The notes beneath the pieces were generated by a model. That model was not told where the DNA came from. It saw only the letters and a program-made list of their open reading frames with translations, and searched no databases. This document shows, piece by piece, positions 27,575-37,908 of a stretch of DNA of 64,000 nucleotides (its first letter is position 1; each line of letters begins with the position of its first letter). The position numbers and the translations under genes are program-made. Source of the DNA: Candidatus Freyarchaeum deiterrae (GTDB lineage: Archaea > Asgardarchaeota > Jordiarchaeia > Jordiarchaeales > Jordiarchaeaceae). The DNA lies in assembly GCA_037305845.1 (NCBI GenBank), contig CP147778.1:1920001-1984000 (forward strand), written 5' to 3'.

Positions 27575-29035
27575 GTGATTTCTTTGATAGGAAGGGGCGA
27601 ATTACTAAACTATGTGGAGTATACCATAGACGCAGATATTGCACCTGAAAACCTGAATCATCTACCAGACTTTTTAAAAAAGTATTATCTTTCTCAGTAC
27701 AAAGGGTACCGTAACTTCAAAGACATAAACTCGTACATTCAAGACGGAAAAAACTACCTGAGTTACAAGGTTTTAATACCAAAAACGGAACAGTACGTAG
27801 AGGTCACAGTTGAGGCCAGTATTCCCATAAAGTTAATCATGAGACCCAGCAGTACAGACTTTTCTAAACGTTTTCTAGATGAACTATATGAAGACACTGT
27901 AATAATGATGCAAGCATTTAAAGAACAAGTTGCGTCCATGACCCTGTACTTCGCATACGTACATGGCGAAAAAATGGTTCCCGAATCCACTAAAGGTAAC
28001 AGAACGGTTGATATTCTTTTCTCAAGAAGCATGTATGGACTCTTTTTCGTTTTTATGCTGCTCAGCTATTTCTTTGTCTTAGTTTTCCAAAACTATGGAC
28101 CAATATTTTTCGGTGTTGCTTTACTGCTATTCGCAATTTTTTCTGGCAGGCTGGCCGCAAGGGGCGACTGGGTAATTACGAAAGACAGACCGGAAGTGAT
28201 TCTCCTACAGTACACTCTCACGTTGAAAGAGTACAAACAGTTTTTGAAAACTAACGCGAAAAAGATTCCCGAAATTAGGAGAAAAATTTTTAATAGTATT
28301 GTTTTGCAGGGTAAGAAAGTTACTTGTGAACTTGCGGAGAAAATATTCGCAGATTATGGTATAAACTGCCAACCTGACAGACTCTCAGTGAAAACTGTAA
28401 ACGTTTGGAAACTTGTAAATAAAGCAGCAGAAAAGTACAGACTACGTACGCCCAGAGTAGTCATAGCAAACACCGAGATAGCCAATGCGGCGGCAATGGG
28501 GCCGTCTCCACGACTTGGCGCCATGATCATAACAACAGGTATCCTACAACAACTTGAGGACAAGGAACTGCTGAGTGTCGTAGGTCACGAGATGAGCCAC
28601 TTGAAAGCACACGATCCCATATCCCTGTACAGTTTAGTTATTGCGGAATACCTAGTACAATTCTACATTTTACCCTATTACTTGGGTTATTTTGGAAATA
28701 TTGGCTTTTTGGCATTTCTTCTTGTTTCTTTTGCGCTCATTATTGGCTTAGCTAAAATTTTCGAAGGTCGTTGTGACCTAGACTCAGTAAAGTACATTGG
28801 AAATCCTGAAGATTTTGCTCAAGGATTGAGAAAAATAGCCTTCAAAAAGTTGCTTCCTATTTACAAACGTGAACCATCATACAGAAGATATAGGCGGTTA
28901 GAATGGTTATCGTTCGACACTCATCCACCAGCTTACTTCAGAATAAACCGAATTGAAAACCACAGCCAACCAATATCAAAACACACTTTCTGGGCGTCAC
29001 TTCGAGACAATATTAAGGGCTTTTGGAAACCATAA
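27575..29035 (+). CDS. HtpX-like M48 zinc metalloprotease with long N-terminal extension
   Basis: ANAAA.G, HEMSH, E..CD, THP...RI; TM helices. Confidence 0.9.
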   Translation: MISLIGRGELLNYVEYTIDADIAPENLNHLPDFLKKYYLSQYKGYRNFKDINSYIQDGKNYLSYKVLIPKTEQYVEVTVEASIPIKLIMRPSSTDFSKRFLDELYEDTVIMMQAFKEQVASMTLYFAYVHGEKMVPESTKGNRTVDILFSRSMYGLFFVFMLLSYFFVLVFQNYGPIFFGVALLLFAIFSGRLAARGDWVITKDRPEVILLQYTLTLKEYKQFLKTNAKKIPEIRRKIFNSIVLQGKKVTCELAEKIFADYGINCQPDRLSVKTVNVWKLVNKAAEKYRLRTPRVVIANTEIANAAAMGPSPRLGAMIITTGILQQLEDKELLSVVGHEMSHLKAHDPISLYSLVIAEYLVQFYILPYYLGYFGNIGFLAFLLVSFALIIGLAKIFEGRCDLDSVKYIGNPEDFAQGLRKIAFKKLLPIYKREPSYRRYRRLEWLSFDTHPPAYFRINRIENHSQPISKHTFWASLRDNIKGFWKP

Positions 29036-29225
29036 ATATGCTATTCACTAAATTTGAGAAACCCGTCGGTAAAATGGTAAACTCAATAGTTATTCGAAAT
29101 AAAAAAATAGAATTGAAACTGGAAGGAGAATAATACCTTCCATACTTTTTGTCAAAGCAATGATTAAACGAGTGAAAGAGAAATTCTTCAATCCTTTCTA
29201 CTTATGCCATAAGAAAAATAGGATT

Positions 29226-29250
29226 GGTAGCAAATACTTTGCTACCTTTC
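29226..29250. terminator. Perfect 9-bp hairpin between convergent genes
   Basis: GGTAGCAAA-TAC-TTTGCTACC followed by TTTC. Confidence 0.5.
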
Positions 29251-29313
29251 ACGAATCTTTAACTCTAATTAATATACTCAAATGATCTATATCTAGACTA
29301 TTCTATTTTGTCG

Positions 29314-30369
29314 CTAGATGGGGAGCAAGTTTGCGAGATTAAAGGATAATGCAGTAAGGTAGCCGGGGAATATTAGTAAGACTAGAACAAAAATCACCGC
29401 TGTAGTAATCATTGGTACAAAAATGTTGTCTAACTCTCTTTGAGAGATTCCTTCGATTACTGTTGCCACTATTCCTGCAATTATTCCTATAACCAGTATC
29501 AGATTGATAGTTGGAATAAATGGGGGCATCGATATGAATGCCCAAAGGGCAGAATAAATGGCAAAAACAGGACTGGAACTGCTTAGCACCCAGAACATTA
29601 CGAAATCACTTGATGGAAAGCTTGGAATCAAGTTGATAATTGGAACCATTGAGGGTAGCGATGTGAACAAGTTTAGAGCTAGATAATTGGCTAAAATTGA
29701 AGTTGGACTGTAACTGTTTAGTAACCAGATCATTAAGAATTGCTTTAATGAAAGGCTGGGCCAGAATCCAAAGTACCTGAAGTAGTATATAACTATAAAG
29801 GTTGAGAGAACGGTCATTAGGAACACCGTTATCGAGCCCTCGACGCTACGTGTGCTTTTTCCTACGGTGTACTTGTGTTTTCCCCATCTCATTCCTATAA
29901 TGGTAGCAAGTCCGTCGCCATAGTACATTGCGAATAGACCTATACCTGCTAGAGTGAATAATGGCCAGTAGGCAGTTACTGCTGGAAAAGCAAATATGGC
30001 TACAAGGACACCAATCGAAATAATGTAGTATAACGGTCCGTAAATGTGACCCGCTTTGTAGTCGTCTGTTCTAGCCATAACTTCAAACATTGATCTCATA
30101 CTTGTGATTGGTGATTTGGGGGATGAGAGAAAGATTACTATTCCCATTACCAGAGGTACTATCACTATTATTTGTGGATTTTTAAATAAGGGGCAGAATA
30201 GTATTGCGTCTCCTGCAAAGAAGTGAATCATTTTCCTTGTGAAGCTAGGGTCGAGTCCTTTCCGCTTTCTTAGAACCTCTCCTACTCCTATAACTGAGAA
30301 AACGAAGACGAAAACGATGACTAGGACTATGATGTCGTAGATTAGATCCCACGAGGATGTATACGCCAT
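29314..30369 (-). CDS. Polyprenol/phytol/dolichol kinase family (CTP-dependent) membrane protein
   Basis: TRKMIH, GPLYY, GDGLA.IIG..WG, RSVEGS, DNIFVP. Confidence 0.88.
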   Translation of the reverse strand: MAYTSSWDLIYDIIVLVIVFVFVFSVIGVGEVLRKRKGLDPSFTRKMIHFFAGDAILFCPLFKNPQIIVIVPLVMGIVIFLSSPKSPITSMRSMFEVMARTDDYKAGHIYGPLYYIISIGVLVAIFAFPAVTAYWPLFTLAGIGLFAMYYGDGLATIIGMRWGKHKYTVGKSTRSVEGSITVFLMTVLSTFIVIYYFRYFGFWPSLSLKQFLMIWLLNSYSPTSILANYLALNLFTSLPSMVPIINLIPSFPSSDFVMFWVLSSSSPVFAIYSALWAFISMPPFIPTINLILVIGIIAGIVATVIEGISQRELDNIFVPMITTAVIFVLVLLIFPGYLTALSFNLANLLPI

Positions 30370-30542
30370 AGTTTTTCCTCCATTTTCTTGCGGATGTATT
30401 GTGTGAACTTAAAACGATTCTTTGTTTCTGGCGCCTTAAAATAATTTCTGTTACTAATTCTTGCGTTTTTTGATTTTATTTATCTAATTATTTCTTTCGC
30501 TTTTATAAAAAAAGAATTTTTTAACACTTCTTATATATATTT

Positions 30543-31502
30543 TTAAAATCTTTGAGGTTCTACGCCGCGGTAGGCTTCTTCGTATTTCGGGTCTTTTTCC
30601 GCTTCTTCTTCTTTCTGGGAGCGTAGACTCAGTTTTTGCTTTAGCTGTTGGTTTTCCTTTTTTAGGTTTTCAAGTTGGTTTCGTAGGTCGTAAATTATTT
30701 CCTCTATGTTGTGCACCGTCTTCTCCAAGGCTTTAGTTCGCCATTCATCACGTTCCTGAAGCAGCTGTTTAAACCGGCTTTCATTCCGCGTTCTAGTAAT
30801 CTTGAGCGCTTCGGTTAATCGAGCGGTTCTTTCTCTAAATTCATTGTTTTCTTTTAATAGGCTCTGATATGCTTGGGATTTTTCTCCCTCTCTAAATTCG
30901 TTTAATTGTTGCTCCAGTAACGCTTTTTCAGTCCTAAGTTTTTCTACTTCTTGAAGACTATCAGAATGCATTATACGCGATGTTTGAAATATAGGCGTTT
31001 CCAAAATTGGCTCTTCTCCCCCTTTTATCCTGCGAAGTTCGACTAGTAATTGATATCTTTCAGCTTCTAAATCCTCCACTCTCTGCCTTAGTTCTAAAAC
31101 CTTTAAAATCAAAGGATTTTCGTCAACGGATTTAACAAGCCGAACAAACTCGGATACACTACTCAACATTTGGGTTAATTTATCCTGGCTTAAGTGAAAA
31201 GCTCTGGCAGCGTTTAATTCGTTATCGCTAATTATTTTACTAAAAGCTTCGAGAGATTTAACGGCAGAGCTATAATTCTCTTCTGTTTCCAAAACATTTT
31301 CAGGAAATCTATCCGTTGAGTTATCTTTTATAAACGAAATTAATTGAGCCATTTGATTAATATAACTCACAGCACGCTTTCTCTGCTCAATTGGGCCTCC
31401 ATCACTGCTGAGCGCCTTATCAATATTCGCCTCTGTTTCAAACCATTTCAGCAATCTCTGAATCTTGAAGGCCGCTTCTTCAAGATTACCGATTTCAATC
31501 AT
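30543..31502 (-). CDS. Hypothetical coiled-coil protein
   Basis: 319-aa ORF with GGGG SD; heptad-rich C-terminal half. Confidence 0.7.
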   Translation of the reverse strand: MIEIGNLEEAAFKIQRLLKWFETEANIDKALSSDGGPIEQRKRAVSYINQMAQLISFIKDNSTDRFPENVLETEENYSSAVKSLEAFSKIISDNELNAARAFHLSQDKLTQMLSSVSEFVRLVKSVDENPLILKVLELRQRVEDLEAERYQLLVELRRIKGGEEPILETPIFQTSRIMHSDSLQEVEKLRTEKALLEQQLNEFREGEKSQAYQSLLKENNEFRERTARLTEALKITRTRNESRFKQLLQERDEWRTKALEKTVHNIEEIIYDLRNQLENLKKENQQLKQKLSLRSQKEEEAEKDPKYEEAYRGVEPQRF

Positions 31503-31641
31503 TGCTTCTACCCCACATATTATAATTTTGACTAAGCAAGCACCCCTAATAAAAGTTATTTAATTCCTGCCACTATTCACCTTAAATATTAATATGTTTG
31601 TTGCTGTTTTTATCTTTACGTAATACCTAATGAGTTCTAAA

Positions 31642-32436
31642 TCAATTTTCTTCAAATTCCCCCGTTGAAGTTCTATGCATTTTTCCAAATTCTTCCCGAA
31701 CCTCTCTTAAATTCTGACTGGTGAGCACCGGGCCGTCCTTACAGACAAGAAAAGAGCCTATGCAACAGCTTCCGCAGAGGCCAAATCCACACTTCATGTA
31801 TCTTTCAAGTGCCGCCTGTAAAGGAATACCATTCCTCTCTGTTGCTTCAAATATTTTGTACATCATTTTTTCTGGACCGCATGTATAAACTTGGTCAAAG
31901 TCGTTTTTTTCAATCATTTCAGAAGCCTGATCGCCGGCCATCTTTTTTAGGCCAGTGCTGCCATCATCCGTGCATGTGATGAGATGATTTCTACCAACTT
32001 GTTTCATTATTTCTGTTTGGAATAGCAACTCTTCTTTGGTTTTGGCGCCAATAATAACAGTTGCCTCTTTTCTCTCCTCCGCTAGTAGCCTAATTAAGGG
32101 CAGAAGGGTGGCCACCGCAACACCGCCTCCAACCACTAGTGTCTTTTGTCCAGTGATCGTAAAACCGTTTCCAAATGGTCCTTTGATTCCTATTTCATCA
32201 CCTTTCTTTAGATGGACTAGGGCCTCCGTTGCTCCTCCTACCCGTTTAACCGTTATTCCCGGAGGTTCTGTGCTGGATACACTCATAGGAATTTCATCGA
32301 TTCCCGGAATCCAAATCATTAAAAATTGCCCGGGTCTCGCTTTCGAGGATTCATCATCAAGAAAAGACAGGCTCCTAATAGTTGGTGTTTCCCGTTTTGC
32401 ATCAATAATTCTCACAATGCGAGACTTGTTAATCAA
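31642..32436 (-). CDS. pyrK: Dihydroorotate dehydrogenase electron transfer subunit
   Basis: PGQF, GPFG, CGPE.M, MKCG.G.CG.C...VC.DGPV. Confidence 0.95.
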   Translation of the reverse strand: MINKSRIVRIIDAKRETPTIRSLSFLDDESSKARPGQFLMIWIPGIDEIPMSVSSTEPPGITVKRVGGATEALVHLKKGDEIGIKGPFGNGFTITGQKTLVVGGGVAVATLLPLIRLLAEERKEATVIIGAKTKEELLFQTEIMKQVGRNHLITCTDDGSTGLKKMAGDQASEMIEKNDFDQVYTCGPEKMMYKIFEATERNGIPLQAALERYMKCGFGLCGSCCIGSFLVCKDGPVLTSQNLREVREEFGKMHRTSTGEFEEN

Positions 32437-33365
32437 TTTCCACCCTCCTCATGCGCAATACCTACTATCTCCTTTATATTTTGATACCCTTTTTCTTCAA
32501 GGTATTTCTCTATTCCCGCGGATATTTCTTGAAAAATTTGAAGCCCATTAACCACCCCGGTTCCTATTTGAACTGCCGTCGCGCCTGCTAATATGTATTC
32601 TACAGCATGACTCCAGTGAAAAATTCCCCCCGCCGCAACAATCGGTATCTTTACATTCTGGTAAATCTCGTAAACACAGCGTACCGCGATGGGTCTTAAA
32701 GCTTCACCTGATAATCCGCCTATCTTGTTTGACAGTACTGGTTTACATGTATTGATGTCTATCGCCATTGCCCGTACAGTGTTTATTGCCGTAATTCCAT
32801 CCGCTCCCACCTTCTCCGCTTCTTCGGCTATTTCCACAATATCAGTGACATTAGGATTTAGCTTTATAAAAACTGGAATCTTCACCGCCTTCTTAACCTC
32901 TTTAACTGTTTCACTTACAAGTTCACAACTTTGACCAATGGTGGCAATCTCAGCATGCGGACAAGAAACATTAAGTTCAACAGCATCCGCTCCAGCCTTC
33001 TCCATTTCCGATGCTACATACCCAAACTCTGAGGAAGTGCCTCCGAATACACTCGCAATAACTGGTACACCTCCCCCTTTGGCTATTTTTAATTCTTTTA
33101 CAAAGGACTTCACACCCGGGTTGGGCAATCCCATTGCATTTAAGTACGAGTTTTTAAACACCTCCACTAAACAGGGATTCTCAAAGCCACCTTTAGGTTC
33201 TGGCCCAACAGACTTAGTGACTACTGCTCCAGCTCCCTCTTTTGCGACTCTTAGGAGAAGTTTTCCAGAGATTCCCATTATTCCTGACGCGAGCATGGTT
33301 GGATTGCGTAGTTTTAGCTTTGACAAACTTACGGAAATATCTACCAATGTTACGCCTCCCTTCAT
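32433..33365 (-). CDS. pyrD: Dihydroorotate dehydrogenase 1B catalytic subunit
   Basis: ASG, NAMGL.NPG, ELNVSCPH, INT, GGLSG. Confidence 0.95.
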   Translation of the reverse strand: MKGGVTLVDISVSLSKLKLRNPTMLASGIMGISGKLLLRVAKEGAGAVVTKSVGPEPKGGFENPCLVEVFKNSYLNAMGLPNPGVKSFVKELKIAKGGGVPVIASVFGGTSSEFGYVASEMEKAGADAVELNVSCPHAEIATIGQSCELVSETVKEVKKAVKIPVFIKLNPNVTDIVEIAEEAEKVGADGITAINTVRAMAIDINTCKPVLSNKIGGLSGEALRPIAVRCVYEIYQNVKIPIVAAGGIFHWSHAVEYILAGATAVQIGTGVVNGLQIFQEISAGIEKYLEEKGYQNIKEIVGIAHEEGGN

Positions 33366-33487
33366 AAATTCAACAACGTTCTTAAGGAAGCAATCTTAAT
33401 TTCTTTTGATACTTGAATTTCCTATACTCAATAAAAAATGGTTGTTATGGGTTAAAAGTTTTTCAATAGGCGTGGAAGGGAATAATA

Positions 33488-34732
33488 ATGAAGGTCTACA
33501 TTACGGAAAGTGCTTTTGGCACATTTGCACTGGATCAGGATGGAAACATACTAACCTTCTCTCTCTTTGCCAAAAATGCTTCAGAAGCAGCAAAAAAAAT
33601 TATACAGTTGCAAGAAGGCGCGGTAATAGAAGAGTTGGAAACTCTCATTATTGCGTTCAAGGGTCAAGACGTAACCTACATTTTAGAGGATGAACTACTT
33701 GCAAGGAATCTAAGAGACAAACTTGACGTGAAAATTGAATTTGAGAAGCCCTCAGGCGTCGCGAAGATGTTTAGAAAAAATCTTTTGGACTATATTAATA
33801 GGACGGGAAGTGAAATATCTGAAAGCGAGTTTAACGAGTTTATCTGGAATGTAAATACCAATCTAACCCGAATGAAGATTAAGGAAGCGGGGGAAAAGCG
33901 TGATAAGATGATAGTGCAAGCGGTATTCTCTCTGGATGATATTGATAATAGTCTTAACCTGTTCTCAACACGGGTTCGGGAATGGTATAGTTTGCATTTT
34001 CCTGAATTCGATAAAATTGTGCCAAGTCATCCCACTTTTGTGCAAATCGTAAGTGAGTTAGGTTTGAGATCAAATTTTACAACTGAAAAATTGGAGAATT
34101 TACCAAAAATTTCAAATGAAATGGCTGAGAAACTGGTAAGGGAAGCGGGTAAATCAATGGGCGCAGAAATTCCAGAGTATGATATTGGAATCGTGAGAGA
34201 ATTCGCTGGAGAAACGTTTAGATTGTTTGAGTTAAGGCGAGAGATTGAAAGATATGTTTCCGAAGTAATGAAAGAAGTCGCACCCAACGTCGACGGTATA
34301 ATCGGGCCTCTTTTGGGGGCTCGTTTAATAAGTTTAGCAGGCGGAATTAACGAATTGGCTCGTCTTCCGTCGAGCATAACACAAATTCTAGGAGCAGAAA
34401 AAGCGCTTTTCCGCAGTAAAAAAACCGGAGCCCCCCCACCAAAACATGGAATAATATTCCGGCACACCGAAATTAATACGGCTCCTTGGTGGCAAAGAGG
34501 CAAAATTTCGAGAGTCTACGCGGGCAAGCTTGCGATTGCTGCGCGGATTGATGCTTTTTCTGGGGAATACGTCGCCGAGCAATTGAAAGGAGACATTAAC
34601 CGAAGAATCGCACAAATAAAATCGAAGTATCCTAATCCTCCAGCCCATAAACCCCAACAATTCGTACCCAGAGGAAGGAGAAAGGGTAGAGTTGGTGGTA
34701 GTAAAATAAAAGGCAAAAAACAAGGTAGGTAA
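33488..34732 (+). CDS. nop5: C/D box snoRNP protein Nop5/Nop56
   Basis: REWYSLHFPE, QILGAEKALF, PKHGII, RGKI.R. Confidence 0.96.
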   Translation: MKVYITESAFGTFALDQDGNILTFSLFAKNASEAAKKIIQLQEGAVIEELETLIIAFKGQDVTYILEDELLARNLRDKLDVKIEFEKPSGVAKMFRKNLLDYINRTGSEISESEFNEFIWNVNTNLTRMKIKEAGEKRDKMIVQAVFSLDDIDNSLNLFSTRVREWYSLHFPEFDKIVPSHPTFVQIVSELGLRSNFTTEKLENLPKISNEMAEKLVREAGKSMGAEIPEYDIGIVREFAGETFRLFELRREIERYVSEVMKEVAPNVDGIIGPLLGARLISLAGGINELARLPSSITQILGAEKALFRSKKTGAPPPKHGIIFRHTEINTAPWWQRGKISRVYAGKLAIAARIDAFSGEYVAEQLKGDINRRIAQIKSKYPNPPAHKPQQFVPRGRRKGRVGGSKIKGKKQGR

Positions 34733-34736
34733 AAGG

Positions 34737-35432
34737 GTGAAAGAATTGATTGTAGAACCTCACGATAAATTCAAAGGCGTATTTCTAGCCACAGGTGATG
34801 ATGGCGTCAAGCGACTTGCCACACGAAATATTTCACCAGGATTTCAGGTTTACGGAGAGAAACTAGTCACCTATGAGGGAAAGGAGTATCGTTTGTGGGA
34901 ACCTTACAGAAGTAAATTAGCCGCTTCGATACTTAAAAAGATTGAAGAAATGCCCATAGAAGAAGGAGAAAAGATACTATATTTAGGTTCAGCTTCTGGA
35001 ACAACCGCCAGCCATGTGGCAGATATTGTTGGAAAAGACGGAATTGTTTTCTGTGTAGAGTTTTCACCTCGTGTAATGAGAGAACTGGTCAGAGTATGTG
35101 AAATAAAGAAAAATATGATTCCCATACTTGCAGACGCTAGATTTCCGGAGAAGTATAGGATGCTTGTTGAGCAGGTTGATACCGTTTATAGTGATGTAGC
35201 TCAACCTGAGCAAGCCAAACTTCTTGCGGATAATTCTGAAATGTTTTTGAAGAGTGGCGGTTATACTATGCTAGCGATAAAGGCGCAGAGTATAGACGTG
35301 ACGAAGGAACCCAGCGAGGTTTTTAAAGAGGAAACCCAAGTTCTCAGCAAGAGAGGGTTCGAAATAGTACAGGTTATTAACCTAGAACCCTTTGACAAGG
35401 CTCACGCTATGGTTTTAGCAAAGTTCAAATAG
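34737..35432 (+). CDS. flpA: Fibrillarin-like 2'-O-methyltransferase
   Basis: VYGE, W.PYRSKLAA, LYLG.ASGTT.SHV, DVAQP.Q. Confidence 0.97.
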   Translation: MKELIVEPHDKFKGVFLATGDDGVKRLATRNISPGFQVYGEKLVTYEGKEYRLWEPYRSKLAASILKKIEEMPIEEGEKILYLGSASGTTASHVADIVGKDGIVFCVEFSPRVMRELVRVCEIKKNMIPILADARFPEKYRMLVEQVDTVYSDVAQPEQAKLLADNSEMFLKSGGYTMLAIKAQSIDVTKEPSEVFKEETQVLSKRGFEIVQVINLEPFDKAHAMVLAKFK

Positions 35433-35473
35433 ACTTCTCCAATTGTAAGTAAAAAGGACACACTGTCTTCATC

Positions 35474-35989
35474 ATGGAATTTGAGATAGGTTTTAGACTC
35501 GTGGGTTGCGGTCTTATGCGTAGTGACAATTTTACAAAGATATGGGTGAGAGAAATAGAAAAGCTAAATGATCATTTACCGAGGAATTATAAAACTCTGG
35601 AATTCCTTTTAGAGTCTAAGGACCCCTATGTTTTAACAATGGATGGAGACAGAATTGTTTTTAAAAGAGAAGAATTGCAATCTCTGGCCAAGATAGTGCC
35701 TAAGAAGTATCACGGTAAGCTTCAATTACCAATAGTTTTTATCAGAAGAATCGATATGGGTGAAGGTGTTTTCAGTATTAGTGGGGGAAAAATAGAGAAG
35801 GGGATTGTAATGAAATTGCTGGGTTTAATCGACAACCCCTTTTCGGAAGACGAAAGCGCTTTTTTACCATACATCTATCGTTATCAGGTGTTAGAAATAA
35901 GGAGAAAAATCAGGTCGCTGACAACTATAGGATTTGCAACTACTAAACTCAATTTTAAGAATGCGGATTTTGGGGACAAATTGGATTGA
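35474..35989 (+). CDS. DUF61 family protein
   Basis: LNDHLP...KTL..LL....P....DG, LPI; position after fibrillarin; true start may be 35516. Confidence 0.75.
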   Translation: MEFEIGFRLVGCGLMRSDNFTKIWVREIEKLNDHLPRNYKTLEFLLESKDPYVLTMDGDRIVFKREELQSLAKIVPKKYHGKLQLPIVFIRRIDMGEGVFSISGGKIEKGIVMKLLGLIDNPFSEDESAFLPYIYRYQVLEIRRKIRSLTTIGFATTKLNFKNADFGDKLD

Positions 35990-36092
35990 GTTATCTAGCA
36001 TTCTTTTAATTTTATACTATTTCTTACATCAAGATTGGCTTTTCATTTTTATACCATCCAGTTTTTCACTTTTCGGAACTTTTTTATATACC

Positions 36093-36114
36093 TTGGCTTT
36101 TTTGTTAAAGCCAA
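36093..36114. terminator. Hairpin in T-rich intergenic region
   Basis: TTGGCTTT-N6-AAAGCCAA. Confidence 0.4.
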
Positions 36115-36185
36115 TAAAAAGTCCTTAAAAACAATTAAATGTATATAGTGATTAGAATAATTATAACACTCTTATATCTGAGGCA

Positions 36186-37166
36186 TTGAATTTGGTTCCT
36201 GATCGCCGCGATGCAGTTAGAAGAATTACAGATATTTTATTGAAAGCGGATTTTAGCGTGGTCGAAAATAGTGATTTTCGCTCTAGTTGCTTTGACATAG
36301 TGGCGCGGAAGGGATTAAATCTACTTCTTTTAAAAGTACATGAAAACGTTGATGCGGTCAACGAGGAAACCAGTAAAGAGCTCAAAATTCTCTCAAGTAT
36401 GCTTCTCGCATCCCCCATAATTATTGGTAACAGAACAAGAAAAGAAACTGTACAAAACGGTTTAGTATATGAGCGGCAGGGTCTTCCAGCGGTTAGTTCT
36501 GAAACCTTTGAAAGATTTATTAATCAAAGTGTTCTCCCTCTGGTATTTGCCAGAAGAGGAGGACTGTATGTTAAAATAAACGGAGAAATGTTGAGAAAAG
36601 AGAGAGAGAAGAAAGAAATGTCCTTCGGAGATTTAGCAAACAGTGTAGGAGTGTCACGACGAACCATTTATGAGTACGAGAGAGGAAATATGGACTCCAC
36701 ATTGGGAACCGCAATAAAGCTTGAAGAGGTGCTAGACCTTCCAATAGCAGTACCAATAAACATTATTTCATGGATGGTAAAAGAGGAAGAGATTCCAGAG
36801 CAGGAAGCTGAAGACGAATTGCAGGAGGAAATTCGCCAAACTCTTTGTGAGCTAGGGCTAAAGGTGGTTTTTGCAAGAAAAGCCCCATTTGACGCTTTAA
36901 CTGCAGATCAAAATGATCAACAAAAGGTTGTAATTACAGGACTAGGCTATGCTCGAGAGAAGGGAATCGAACAGAGAATAACCTCTGTGGAGAAAGTTTC
37001 TCAGGTAGCCAAAAAATTCGCTATGTTTGTTATTGATAAGGACAAAATTAAAAAAATTTCATCTGAAGTTCCAGTTATAATCAAAGAAGAACTTCAAGCA
37101 ATCGAGGAACCTGAAGAACTGTTTAAACTGATATATGAAAAGTACGGTCTCAGAGATAAAAACTAA
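36186..37166 (+). CDS. Archaeal XRE-HTH transcriptional regulator (COG1395)
   Basis: CFDIVAR, ARRGGLYVKING..LR, S.GDLA..VGVSRRTIYEYE, APFD. Confidence 0.9.
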   Translation: MNLVPDRRDAVRRITDILLKADFSVVENSDFRSSCFDIVARKGLNLLLLKVHENVDAVNEETSKELKILSSMLLASPIIIGNRTRKETVQNGLVYERQGLPAVSSETFERFINQSVLPLVFARRGGLYVKINGEMLRKEREKKEMSFGDLANSVGVSRRTIYEYERGNMDSTLGTAIKLEEVLDLPIAVPINIISWMVKEEEIPEQEAEDELQEEIRQTLCELGLKVVFARKAPFDALTADQNDQQKVVITGLGYAREKGIEQRITSVEKVSQVAKKFAMFVIDKDKIKKISSEVPVIIKEELQAIEEPEELFKLIYEKYGLRDKN

Positions 37167-37167
37167 A

Positions 37168-37848
37168 CTATTTCTTGTTCTTACCGAAGTCGTCTAAAAG
37201 AGCTTGCCTCATCTCATTCAAAATGTTTCTTGCTGTTATCCATGAATGTCTGGCAAAGTTTGGAAGTTCACCATGCTCTCTAACCCACTCCTTCAAGAAA
37301 GAAATGGTTTTAGGATCATGGCAATAGCCTGAACCCACATTTCCAAATCTTTTCAACTCATTTACAAGTCTGTCACGTTCAACCTTTGCTAGAATAGAAG
37401 CTGCACCCACTACAAGGAAGTCGCGGTCAGCTTTGTGCTGAGAAATCAATTCTGTATCTACTACAAGATTATTCTTAATCTTTAGAGAGAATCTTTCTGG
37501 GTTAACATCTGCAGCATCAACATACGTTATGTCGGGGTTAAGCTGGTTTATTATTTCAGCAAAACAACGTACCTCCAGCTGGTTTAAATTTACACCAGAC
37601 GCTTTGGCATCATCGATTTCCCTTGCACTCACCGTCTTTACAGAAACCTTCACCGCCCTTTCCAATATAGCAATCGCAAGTCTTTCTCTGTTAGAGGGTT
37701 GAAGAAGCTTTGAGTCCTTTACTCCTAACTCAGCTAACCCTGGTATATCTTCCTCCTTGATGAGCACACCGGCAGAAACCATAGGGCCTAAAACAGGTCC
37801 CCTGCCTGCTTCGTCTACACCCGCAATAAGCATAGAGAGTTCTCTCAC
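37168..37848 (-). CDS. rnhB: Ribonuclease HII
   Basis: GVDEAGRGPVLGP, DSK.L, AASILAKV.RD, GSGY; C-terminal PIP-like QALLDDF. Confidence 0.96.
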   Translation of the reverse strand: MRELSMLIAGVDEAGRGPVLGPMVSAGVLIKEEDIPGLAELGVKDSKLLQPSNRERLAIAILERAVKVSVKTVSAREIDDAKASGVNLNQLEVRCFAEIINQLNPDITYVDAADVNPERFSLKIKNNLVVDTELISQHKADRDFLVVGAASILAKVERDRLVNELKRFGNVGSGYCHDPKTISFLKEWVREHGELPNFARHSWITARNILNEMRQALLDDFGKNKK

Positions 37849-37908
37849 TTTTTTTAATTAAACAATCTTTATGAGAAAGTTCATTACCTCCCATTTAAAC
37901 TATGTGGT

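Noticed and set aside
32036-33693. Long + strand ORFs opposite pyrK/pyrD and overlapping nop5
   Set aside because: Shadow or alternate frames of well-supported genes.
35934-36128. 64-aa hydrophobic ORF after the DUF61 gene
   Set aside because: Overlaps the upstream gene and translates a T-rich terminator region.
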